DNA from: Reclinomonas americana ATCC 50394
Taxonomy: Eukaryota
Direction: 5' to 3'
DNA length: 20,000 bases
NCBI GenBank assembly: GCA_048213135.1
Contig: PS015030.1
Location: forward strand, 105,565-125,564
A model generated the notes under the pieces. The model ran no database searches and was not told the origin of the DNA. It was given only the letters and a program-made list of their open reading frames with translations. The stretch's first letter is position 1. Each line of letters opens with the position of its first letter. The position numbers and the translations under genes are program-made. Of this stretch, positions 1-19,616 are shown in pieces.

Positions 1-8947
<8,947 letters not shown>

Positions 8948-10299
8948 TTTGTGTGTGTGTGCGTTTTTTTGTGTCACTCTCACGCGCGCGCGTGTGTGTG
9001 CGTGTCTCTCTCCTCTCGTGCAACGAGTGTGCGTGAGAGACGAGGTGTGTGCGTGTGTGTTGTTTGCGCCCGCTCTCCCGACGCGCAACAAAGTGTGTTT
9101 TTACTTGTATTGGGGTCGAAGTCGGGTGCAAAAGACGAACACAAATATGGCGAGAACCGACTCGGTGCGTGTTCGAAGTGTATATGGTCTCTCTCTCTCT
9201 TCGTGCATGTGCTTTCCCTCCCCTCTTTCTCTCTCTTGTCCGCTTGGTCGTCGTGCATGCAGGCATGTCATGATCGCGTGCACGCGCTGCGATATCGCTC
9301 ATGATCGCGGCGGCTAGAATATGCTGCCCTGTGCTGTGCGTGCGTGCTAGTGCATCTGCACGTGTCTATGATTGGTGGAGAGTGAGAGTGAGAGAGTGAG
9401 AGTAGGAGGCGGAGAGAGCAAGTGAGCTGCATTATTGTCTAAAAGATAAAGTTTCCTAATCTGGTGAGATCGTTCTTTTCTTCCTTTTTTGAATGCTGGC
9501 GGTGCTGCTGTGCTGATGTGTTGTGCTGTGCGCGCGGAATGAGGGAGTGAGGGAGTGGGGAGCGAGAGGGCGAGGGGAGGGGAAGAAAGAGAGCCGCTGT
9601 GAGACGAGACAAATCACTGTCAGATTCGTTCGCGGAGCACGCACACACTCTCTCGCGCAAGCGGGCGAGGCGGGCCTCATTGACGAGTTGCAACGCACAC
9701 GCACAATGAGAACAGAGCGAGGAGGAGGAGGATGAAGAGAAGAAGAGAACATCATGTGCTGTATTGATCATGACGCAAAACATATTTCTGGTGACGATGA
9801 TGAAGATAGAAGGGTCAGCGCTCTCCCATCAACTCACACTGGTGCATGCCATGTCACAGACAGGAAGCTTGTGTCGCCACGGAAAACTCCGCGAATGAGT
9901 CGTCTCCCAGTGATTTTTAGCATGAAAACTCCGAGAGAGAGAGAGAGAGCAAGCGTATACGCATGCTGATACACGTGTAACACAACTGCTCGACGACGAG
10001 AGCACTCACTCTCAACAACCCAAGCAACAGCGCTGTATCCAAATTCCAAGACAGCTGCACGACTATGAAGGAGCTCGAGTACTCGCTTCCAACCTACGCA
10101 ACATCGTTGCTGATCACGATACAAGCAGCACGACACTGCAGAGTGATAAAGAGAATTGCCGCTGAAAACACATATCAATGAGAAAGTCGAAACACTGCCG
10201 ACACAAGCTCTGATGTGAAGACAAGCCCACACGCACTCCCCCCCCCTTGTGCAGCAAACATGCCCAACTGTTTCCAATTCGAATTCAATACAAGCCGCA

Positions 10300-13200
10300 T
10301 CATGAACGACGGTGAGCGCCACTGGCATTTTCGACCACTCGCAGCATCAGTGGGCCGTCGCGCTCGCGTGCCACGTTCTTCGCCTCTCTCCAGTCCTGCA
10401 TGGCGCACAGAGGCGAGATAGCATGAGATGAGTGGCGGAATAGAGCACAATGACCACAACAACTCGTCCCGATACACCGAGCAAGATCAATCACTCTCTG
10501 TTCGCATTCTGCCCCTTTCTCCTCAGAATAATGTCACCGAAAGGTTGACATTTTGCATCCACTCTATTCCTTCATCCCCCCTCTCTTTCAGTCTCCCATT
10601 CACTCCTGAGAGCACAGTCCATGCATGTAATCGAGCGACGACAAAAAGGCAGACACATTGCTGAACAGAGCAACATGAAGAGCGTCGAGATTCAGCGACC
10701 ATTCACCACGCACTCTGCTCCTTCGAAACCGTCTCGTCTCCGCAACTCTGTCTCTCCCCTCTCCCCGAAGAATACGACTGAGCGACAACAAAAAGACGCA
10801 TGACAGGAAGATAATAATCGCCTAAGGCGTCTCTCTCTCTCTCTCTCTCTCTCACTCAGTCTATCATCATGATCATCCCTCCCGTTCCATCTGCCTCACA
10901 CTTCTTGTCCAGCCACCGTTCTTCTTTCCTCTCCCTTCTCCCTCTCTCCCTTCCCCCCAACCCCCTCTTCCCCCACCAACTCACCTGCTCCGACACCACA
11001 TCCACCGTGTCATTGTCGCCATCAACATACTGCAGTGAGAACCGCACCGGCAACTCATGCGTGGCGCCCAGCTCCCGCAGCACGTCGACCAGTGTTGTGG
11101 CCAGGGGCACGGCGACACGCTTGGCGTGCCCGTTGGCAAAGGAGAACTTGAGGCGCACGCCGTTGCCCTCCGGCTCGACTTCTTGTGCAGCGGCGGCTCC
11201 CGTGGCCGCTGCTGCCGCAGATGAAGGAGGCTGCCAAGGACCATTCTTGGGGCGTGTAGCCGCAGCCGCAGCTACTGGCGCCGTGTTTAGTGGAACAGGA
11301 TTCGCAGGTGGTGGTTGGGACGGTGGTGGGGCAGTGGAGAGCACCACGGTGACTGGAGCTTGCGGCTTGGGCGGTGGTGGGCCGAGACCGGGAATGGCGG
11401 GGACGGTGGGTGATGGGGCAGTAGAAGGGCGATTGGCAGTGGGAGGTTGGACGGGCGGTGGCGCGGTGCCTGTGAGAGAGGGGGGAGAGGGGGAGAGAGA
11501 GAGAGGAGGGAGGGAGGGGAGCTGTTGGAATCGAGAACGAGAGAAGAGTGACAAGTGCTTAGAGCTGAGTCTTAGTGTGCAAGCATGAGTGTGTGCGTGT
11601 CTCTCCCTCGGTGTGTGGGTGTGTATGAGAGAGAGAGAGAGAGGAAGACAGAGATGGAGGGTGGAAACTGAGCAGGTGAGAGGCAACATGCAGAGAGGAA
11701 GTCTGCTCGTGATAGACATAGGCAGGATTACACACACAACAAGTGAATCAATGACACGGATGTAAAACAAGGCTCAACCTGTAATGCCTTTGCGGCGACG
11801 AAATTCGACAATGGCCTCTTCCGGTCTCATGTCCGCAGGGCGATCGGTGAGGCCGAGGGCGCGAGCGGTGCTTACAAAGCCGTTGCCTGTTTTGTGTAAA
11901 TGGGGAAATGTCAGAGTTGATACCGAGCACGAAGACAAGACAGGAATAATTACGCACTGTGGATGCTAATCGAAGTTAGCGGCAGACGGCTCTCTGCGAG
12001 AATGCGAATGCCTTCCTCGCCCAATCGATTGCCTGTGATGCGAAATAAGTCGGCAAAAAATGAAACACGAGTGTGCGGGCGGGGGGGGGGGGGGGGGGGG
12101 GGGGGGTGGCACACATGCAATGTCGAGGTTTTCGATGCAGGTGGCGCGGCCGTTTGCAATGGCTCGCGCGCCCTTGGGTGTAATGTCGTTGTCTGCATTG
12201 ATAATCAGCGATCCAGAGTGCGTTGTTCAGGCTGCATACGGAGACTCACGAGAGGTGCTTATCCAGCGCAGATTGACCATGCCATTGACAATACTCTCCA
12301 TGCCCGCATCGCCAATGCCGGCATCTGCGAGAGGCCATGAGCGGTACAGTGCACAACCAACAACTATGGAGAGAGGGTCGGCCATCGCAACTGAAAATGG
12401 AGAGCGTGTGCACATGGACCAGCCTGGAGAGTGCTATGGCGCCCTCGGCGCCAAGATAGGTGCCTGGTAGGAGATAGGAGTAGGTGAGGAGTAGAGGAAG
12501 GACAGGCGTGAAGGTGATGAAAGACAGGAGGGAAGTGAACGCCAAGCGAGAGAGAGAGAGAGGAGGGAGGGAGAGAGGAGGGAGGGAGGGAGAGAGATTG
12601 AGCAAAAATGAATGTGAGATCGGCAAATCTAGTTCTACCACACAAGCTGGGCAAGAAGCGATCGGATGATGCCACGCACCTGCCACCTGCAGATTGGTCA
12701 GATTGGGAAATGTCTGCGCCACCAACACGGCTCCGGCGGGACCCAGCTTTCCACTGGTGGCGTCGAACCTGTCCACCTCGCCGCCCCACTGGTGCTTCTC
12801 CACAACGTAGCACACTCTTCGCAGATCGTCCACCTCCAGCGTTCGCCGTCCGAGCGCGCTCCAGGAGACGCAAATCTGTGGTGGCCGGAGGGGAGGGGAT
12901 GAGGAGGGCGAAGGGGGGAGAGCAAACACAACGGATCAAGAAGACGGAAAGAATGTGAAAAGAAGACAGCGGCGCTGGAAAGAAGGCGAGAAGAAGAGAG
13001 GAACGAGGAAGAGACAAGAGATGCAACATGAACGACAGCAACAGCAGCAACAACGGAGTCACAAAACACGGACATCAAAACCTCGTGCACGCCAGTGACA
13101 TCAAGAAACTTGTCGTCGAAGAAGAAGAAGAAGAAGAGGAAGAGGAAGGAGGAGAGAACAACAACAAGAAGAAGAAGAAGAAGAAGAAAGAAGAAGAAGA

Positions 13201-14277
13201 AGAAGAAGAAGAAGGAGGAGGAGAAGAAGAACAACAACAACAACAACAAGAAGAAGAAGAAGAAGAAGAACAACAACAATGACAACAAAACACGGACACG
13301 AACCCTCATGCATGCATGCCGGGTGGACATCAACAAACAGATCTCCACTCTCTCTCCCTCTCCCTTCCTCCCATCGCTCACTCATCGTCTTCCCCCTCTT
13401 AAAGCACAAAAGAGCACCAGCGAAAGGCGAAGACGAAGAAGAAGAAGAAGAACAGANNNNNNNNNNNNNNNNNNNNNNNNNNNNNNNNNNNNNNNNNNNN
13501 NNNNNNNNNNNNNNNNNNNNNNNNNNNNNNNNNNNNNNNNNNNNNNNNNNNNNNNNNNNNNNNNNNNNNNNNNNNNNNNNNNNNNNNNNNNNNNNNNNNN
13601 NNNNNNNNNNNNNNNNNNNNNNNNNNNNNNNNNNNNNNNNNNNNNNNNNNNNNNNNNNNNNNNNNNNNNNNNNNNNNNNNNNNNNNNNNNNNNNNNNNNN
13701 NNNNNNNNNNNNNNNNNNNNNNNNNNNNNNNNNNNNNNNNNNNNNNNNNNNNNNNNNNNNNNNNNNNNNNNNNNNNNNNNNNNNNNNNNNNNNNNNNNNN
13801 NNNNNNNNNNNNNNNNNNNNNNNNNNNNNNNNNNNNNNNNNNNNNNNNNNNNNNNNNNNNNNNNNNNNNNNNNNNNNNNNNNNNNNNNNNNNNNNNNNNN
13901 NNNNNNNNNNNNNNNNNNNNNNNNNNNNNNNNNNNNNNNNNNNNNNNNNNNNNNNNNNNNNNNNNNNNNNNNNNNNNNNNNNNNNNNNNNNNNNNNNNNN
14001 NNNNNNNNNNNNNNNNNNNNNNNNNNNNNNNNNNNNNNNNATCAAAGACAATGGAACACAAACACCGCTGCGAACCCTCATGCATGCATCAACAAACAGA
14101 TCTCTCTCCCCATCGCTCACTCGCCGTCTTCTCCTTCTTCAAGCACGCCTCGGTCGCAATGGCCTCACACTGCTCCCGCACACTCGCACTCGTATCGACG
14201 AGCACTGCAGGCGAGCGAGAAACAGGATTGTTGCCCTTCTTGGTGGAAGAAGAAGAAGAAGAAGAAGAGTTGCCCAT
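10300..14277 (-). CDS. LRR (RI-like) + proline-rich linker + C-terminal PB1 domain protein, putative N-myristoylated
   Basis: Exons: 14277-~14125 (MGNSSSSSSSSTKKG...; junction uncertain, gap 13457-14040 follows), tentative 13108-13082, 12875-12680, 12463-12392, 12324-12250, 12192-12115, 12032-11958, 11886-11779, 11469-10985, 10395-10300 (TGA). LRRs: LTNLQVAGTYLGAEGAIALSRL, VHTLSIFNAGIGDAGMESIV, LRWISTSHNDITPKGARAIA, IENLDIACNRLGEEGIRILA. PB1: VRLKFSF..KRVAVP..FSLQYVDGDNDTVDVVSEQ|DWREAKNVARERDGPLMLRVVE. The part from 12875 onward is well supported; the 5' exons are less certain. Confidence 0.78.
13118..13280. repeat. Compound (GAA)n/(GGA)n/(CAA)n trinucleotide repeat
   Basis: Directly visible; lies in an intron of the LRR-PB1 gene. 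Confidence 0.95.
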
Positions 14278-14427
14278 TTTTCGTCACAGCAAGAGTATCG
14301 CGAAAGGAGGCACTGCTCCGGTCGGCGTAGACGATGAACTGTTAGAATGAATGAAGAGACTGGGCGCAGCGTCGTGAGTGAAAATTTGCCAGTCAAGCTC
14401 TTATCTTTTTCTTTCTTGATCATCATC
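14278..14427. promoter_or_regulatory. Putative compact bidirectional promoter between the LRR-PB1 gene and the 60-aa gene
   Basis: The two inferred start codons (14277 minus, 14428 plus) diverge with only 150 nt between them. This is a positional inference. Confidence 0.45.
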
Positions 14428-14956
14428 ATGGGCGACAGTCTCCTGTTGCGTGAGACTCCACATACACTCACTCACTCGCTCACTCACATGCTTGTTTTGA
14501 TGACACGCATGTCACTGATAAACTTGGACACATTATCACACTTACTCTCTCACTCACCTCACACTCTCACTCACTCCCTCCCTCCCTCGCTCACTCACTC
14601 ACTCACTCACTCCCTCCCTCCCTCCCTCCCTCACTCACTCACTCACTCAGTCACTCACTCACTCACTCATTCACTCACTCACTCACTCACTCTCTCACTC
14701 TCTCACTCACTCACTCACTCACTCACTCACTCACTCACTCACTCGCACTCTCCCATCCACCACTCACTCGCTCACTCACACACACACTCACTTTCACTCA
14801 CTCACTCTTCTGCTGTGAGATCACACTTTCTATTTCAGAGTCGCGCACTCACTCACTCTTCTCTCTTTCTTTCTTTGTTTGTTATGTGTGTGCAGGCAGC
14901 CGAGCATCAACATTGACAACATCACCCCGGTCAACGTGGTCGGTGACGGTGAGTGC

Positions 14957-15008
<52 letters not shown>

Positions 15009-15314
15009 ANNNNNNNNNNNNNNNNNNNNNNNNNNNNNNNNNNNNNNNNNNNNNNNNNNNNNNNNNNNNNNNNNNNNNNNNNNNNNNNNNNNNNNNNNNN
15101 NNNNNNNNNNNNNNNNNNNNNNNNNNNNNNNNNNNNNNNNNNNNNNNNNNNNNNNNNNNNNNNNNNNNNNNNNNNNNNNNNNNNNNNNNNNNNNNNNNNN
15201 NNNNNNNNNNNNNNNNNNNNNNNNNNNNNNNNNNNNNNNNNNNNNNNNNNNNNNNNNNNNNNNNNNNNNNNNNNNNNNNNNNNNNNNNNNNNNNNNNNNN
15301 NNNNNNNNNNNNNN

Positions 15315-15362
<48 letters not shown>

Positions 15363-15859
15363 AGAACAGTCAGAACAACGTGTTCTTTCTCTTCTTCATT
15401 CGCCACTCGCCTTGCTTCGTTCCTCATCATCATGCACAAGTGAAGCGTTCCTTTTCTTCCTTTGAGAGCTCCGGTCGTTCGTCATACTCTCTCTTGTCAT
15501 GCTTGTTGCTCTCACTTGCTTCCATCGATGTCTCTTGTTCATTCTGAGCTAGTTTGCAGTTGTATCCTCGTGCGCCTTCATCCTTCCCTTTCTCTCTCTT
15601 TCTCATTCTCCCACTCTTGTCCACCTTCCCTCCACACACGACTCACCTTCCTTCCGCTCTGCCTCTTGCACAGCTCTCGACGACGTTCTCGAGGTGGTCA
15701 CGGTGAGCACACTCTCATTCCCTCCTCCCTGCTCGCACCGCGCACTCACAACTCACCCACCACCTCCTCTCGCAGGGCGCCCGCGTCGATGCCTACCTGA
15801 ACACCAACCAGAAGCACGCCGCGCTCGGTGTCAACTGGTACCAGAACCACGGAATTTGA
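14428..15859 (+). CDS. Small 60-aa hypothetical protein encoded by four short exons
   Basis: Exons 14428-14444, 14896-14948, 15674-15702, 15776-15859 (TGA). Donors GTTGCG/GTGAGT/GTGAGC and pyrimidine-rich CAG acceptors; phases 2,1,0 join without stops; strong C/G third-position bias. Product MGDSLLQPSINIDNITPVNVVGDALDDVLEVVTGARVDAYLNTNQKHAALGVNWYQNHGI. The gap 15010-15314 could hide a further symmetric exon. Confidence 0.68.
14467..14860. repeat. (CACT)n/(CCCT)n tetranucleotide microsatellite, intron 1 of the 60-aa gene
   Basis: Long imperfect run of ACTC units, directly visible. Confidence 0.95.
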
Positions 15860-16270
15860 AGCACTCTCTGTGTTTGTTTGCCTCCACACCTCTTCCTCCC
15901 CCTCTCGCCCCCCTCCATGAGTGCACTTGTCAAGTGAAAAAACTCCACGGGAGCGCCGTTTTCATTGCTGACTTGCAGTCCACATTCGGCTCCTCCTCCT
16001 TCTCAGTCAGACGTCACGTCGATCCGTTCTCGACCATCTCTCGTCTCGTCTCTTGGCGGCGCCCACTTGCCATGTTACTCACACCGCGTCGCTCTTATCC
16101 ACCGCACTCCTCTGCGACGGCGACGACAAGTGCGTGGACNNNNNNNNNNNNNNNNNNNNNNNNNNNNNNNNNNNNNNNNNNNNNNNNNNNNNNNNNNNNN
16201 NNNNNNNNNNNNNNNNNNNNNNNNNNNNNNNNNNNNNNNNNTCTTCTCTTGTCTCTCAATGTCAAGATCT

Positions 16271-16306
<36 letters not shown>

Positions 16307-16486
16307 CTACCTTTACTCTTTCTTTCTCTTTGTGTCACTCTCTGGATCTGGTCTCTCTCAGGAAAGCAAGCCTCTCTTCGTCTCCCTCTTCTCCCCCTCT
16401 GTCTCCCATCCTCCCTCTCCCTCTCCCTCTCCCTCACCCTCTCCCTCACCCTCCCCCCCCTCTCCCTTCCCTCCCCCTCCACTCAC

Positions 16487-16702
16487 CCTCGGCGAGCACA
16501 CCATCGCCAATGACGGCGCCGGCACCACTCCCACCGCCACCAGCGTGCACACAATCGCCACCAGCGCGCCAAACGACACATAAAACCCGCTCTGCACACA
16601 CACCATTTGCCACAGAACAAGCGACGGAGGTGGAGTCCGCCGAGGTGCACTGGAGGCACCAGTAGGCAGTGGAGGGATGCGAGAGAGCAGCGCGTCGAGC
16701 AT
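16487..16702 (-). CDS. SYS1: SYS1-like Golgi integral membrane protein, first coding exon (remainder interrupted by gap 16140-16241; possible last exon ~16110-16078)
   Basis: MLDALLSRIPPLPTGASSAPRRTPPPSLVLWQMVCVQSGFYVSFGALVAIVCTLVAVGVVPAPSLAMVCSPR, then a GTGAGT donor at 16486. It resembles the SYS1 N-terminal pattern (P.li..Qi...Q..yY.slG......lv...PSL..mf). A candidate terminal exon after CGCAG reads RSAVDKSDAV-stop. Confidence 0.68.
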
Positions 16703-17686
16703 CCAACTTTTTTGAGAACAGTAGTACACTGTAAATCGGAAACTGCAACTGCAAACCCGCCAGGCTCAGCGACCCCAACGAGTGTACAATGAACCTGGAG
16801 CTGGAGCGCTTGAGAGACTACGAAGAGAATTCGAAAGAACCTGGCGAAAGCTTGTGTTCGAATTCGCGATCGATATCGATATCGAAGAGCGAGCTCGACA
16901 CTTTCCGAGGCTCCGAGACAACCCCAAACTGTAGCAAACCAAAGAGCAATGCAGCTGCTTGAAGGTCGACGTTATCACTGAGTGGGTACTGAAGACTGAG
17001 ATCTCAGAAGCTGGTACGAGAGAATTCGCTGCGACCGCGAACGCAAACAAAGTTGCAACAGCAGTTCCTACTGAGAACCACATGCGCGACCCGTGACGTA
17101 CACGACAAGGAATTTAGAAGCCACAGGCTCCTGAGTTCAGCGGTACTCGAGCTCCGCAAGGGATCAAAAAATCGTTTGACAAAGCTGCAAAAGTTTGAAT
17201 CACCGTCGTCCACAAATCGATCACGATATCCCTTGCCGACAATGATCTTGGCACACCAACAAAATATAGACACATAATTACTTCTCCAACAGTCATCTTC
17301 CCTTTCAGGAGACAAAACCAATCAAACGCGTGTTGGCCTCGAAGGCGCATGCGCAAATGGTGCCAGCGGCCTACGTAGACGCTGAACTCGATAAAGCTGG
17401 TTGCTGCAGCAGCGATGCGATGGTTCTAGTTGCCCTGCTGCAGGCCACCTCTGGCTGGCTGGACAGAACAAATCCGTGAAGGCAAGGGACAACTGCAAGT
17501 CGCAGCTCGCGGCTCCGTGTGCTCTCCGTTCGGGTCGTACGGCGGTCCGGATACTTGTAGGCGAAGATCTCCGAGAATTCCTTATAGCAATGGCCAACTC
17601 AAGACAAGCCCTTCGACTTGTCCTTCACGCGTCCCACTTCAAATTCGTTTCATTCTCTTATCACACCGACAACAAAGAGGACGCAA

Positions 17687-18258
17687 ATGGTCAAGGGCGC
17701 CGACAAGGACAAGAAGCAAGAGACTGGCGCTTCCTCGGCCGCCGCCGACAAGAGCGCAGGCGGAGATGGCGCGCAAGATGCCGCCCCCGACGCCGACGCC
17801 CCCGTCAAGACACTCGACGAGGAGGACATTAACTTGTTGAAGAACTATGTTGCGCGCGCGCGCTCAGAGAGAGGCAAAGAAAAGAGTGTGTGCGTGAGTG
17901 CTTATTTTGTTTGTTTGTGTGTGTGTGCGCGAAATGTTCACAGGGCGCTGGTCCGTACCACCGCGCGATTGCCGAGGTGGAGAAGAACATCAAGGACAAG
18001 GCGAAGAAGTGCAATGAGATTTGTGGAATCAAGGAGAGCGACACGGGTGAGTGACAAGAGAGAGAGAAGATGGCGCGTGTGTGTGTGTGGACATGGCGCC
18101 AAAGCAGAGGGTGACTGGCGCAGACTGCGTGTGTGCGTGTGTGTGAGAGTGAGAGAGACAGTGTGCGGTGTCGCTCGTCAATGGGTTCATTTGGTCTCAT
18201 TTGACTTGTCTGTGATGATTGTCGTTGAACGAGTTGTCTCTCACACGCACACACACAC

Positions 18259-18300
<42 letters not shown>

Positions 18301-18358
18301 CGCTCTTCTGCTTGTTCTGTGGCATTCATATCATTGCTTGAGTTGTCGCTTTTCTCGA

Positions 18359-18395
<37 letters not shown>

Positions 18396-18812
18396 GAGAC
18401 AGAGCTCTTCTGCTTGTTCGTGTCTTGTTCTGAGTGGTGAATCGTTGATTGAGTCCTCTCTCTCCTTCTCTTTCATCTCTCTCTCTCTCTCTCTCGCTCT
18501 CTCTCGCTCACTTGTGCTTCTGCTTGTTCTGTATTCATGTCTTGTGCTTGCCGATGAATCGTTGTTTGAGTTGTCTCGTGTCTCCTCCCTCTCTCCTCTC
18601 CTCTTCACTGTCCTCTCCCTCTCCCCCTCTGTCTCTCTGACGTGAGAGATCGTTGGTGTAGTTTGCTCCTCTGCTTGTTCTGTGGCGTTCACATGAGTCG
18701 TGTCTCATGCTTTCTGGTGAATCGTTGATTGAGCTGTCTAGAGAGCGTTTGTGTTGAGTGCGCTTCTGCTTGTTCTCGTTGTCTCTCCTCTCTTCTCCTC
18801 TCTCTCTCCTCA

Positions 18813-18869
<57 letters not shown>

Positions 18870-18896
18870 NNNNNNNNNNNNNNNNNNNNTCTCTCT

Positions 18897-18982
<86 letters not shown>

Positions 18983-19616
18983 TCTGTGACACGAGACGCG
19001 TTTGTGGAGTTGTGCTTCAGCTTTTTCTGTGGCTCACATGAGTCGTGTTTTGCTGCTGAATCGCCCCTCATCTCCGTGACACGAGACAGCGTTTTCGTGC
19101 TGCTCTTGTGCTTGTGTAGGAGCGCATCACTTGCACGTTGACAGAGAATCGTTGTTGCTGTTTGTTTCCTCGTCGCTCTCTCCCTCCATTGCCTGTGTCC
19201 CTGATAGAAGCGTCTCTGTTGCGCGTGCTCATCACTCTTCCCGTCCCCCATCTTCTCCATCCCCACCCTCAGGCCTCGCACCACCGTCAATGTGGGATCT
19301 GAATGCCGACAAGGAGGTTGGTGGTGATGTCAGCCCCTCTTCGTCGTCTGCCTCCCGCTCACTCGCTTGTTGCGACAGACCGTGCAAGGTCGCGGCCCCT
19401 TGCAAGTCGCTCGCTGCACGAAGATCGTCAAGGGCGAGACTCCAGGCGAGAACAAGTACATTATCAACATCAAGCAGATTGGTTCGTGTGGTCGTCTGTG
19501 CTGCAGCTTGTGATACGAGGGTTGCTGTGCTCATCAACGATCGTTGCAGCCAAGTTTGTGGTGCAGCTCGCGCAGCAGGTGGCACCGGAGGACATTGAAG
19601 AGGGCATGCGAGTGGG
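17687..19616 (+). CDS. PSMC2: 26S proteasome regulatory AAA-ATPase subunit RPT1 (subunit 7), 5' part; continues beyond window
   Basis: Exons 17687-17848, 17944-18046, 19273-19316, 19379-19481, 19550-19616, all GT-AG and in phase. Translation ...[101 protein letters not shown], the diagnostic Rpt1 N-terminal coiled-coil/OB region. Confidence 0.96.
18300..19160 (+). repeat. Degenerate minisatellite interleaved with (CT)n/(CA)n in RPT1 intron 2
   Basis: The motif C(T/C)TCTGCTTGTTC recurs at ~18305, 18407, 18517, 18668, 18763 (variant at ~19015). It is often followed by TGAATCGTTG(A/T)TTGAG (~18438, 18555, 18718). Confidence 0.8.

Noticed and set aside
9400-10299. Short ORFs between gene 1 and the LRR-PB1 gene
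   Set aside because: They show no codon bias, recognisable motifs or consistent splice partners; the region is likely 3' UTR or intergenic.
12081-12106. Poly-G run (G-quadruplex candidate)
   Set aside because: It is a simple intronic homopolymer (poly-C on the sense strand) with no further support for function.
13095-14337. 300-400 aa ORFs with poly-K/E/F/L
   Set aside because: They are artefacts of trinucleotide repeats plus a ~580-nt N gap.
14896-14960. Minus-strand reading after a (CT)n-CAG acceptor
   Set aside because: The plus-strand exon has both acceptor and donor and joins in phase with three other exons; the minus reading has no convincing partners.
16490-16583. Plus-strand frame LGEHTIANDGAGTTPTATSVHTIATSAPNDT as an exon
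   Set aside because: It shares wobble positions with the minus-strand SYS1-like frame, which has family similarity and a GTGAGT donor.
18205-18240. C-box-like GTGATGA in RPT1 intron 2 (snoRNA candidate)
   Set aside because: There is no properly spaced D box with terminal stem or recognisable rRNA guide, and it is followed by microsatellite.
18300-19160. CRISPR-like repeat/spacer appearance
   Set aside because: The repeats are degenerate and irregularly spaced, the spacers are microsatellites, the context is a eukaryotic intron, and there are no cas genes.
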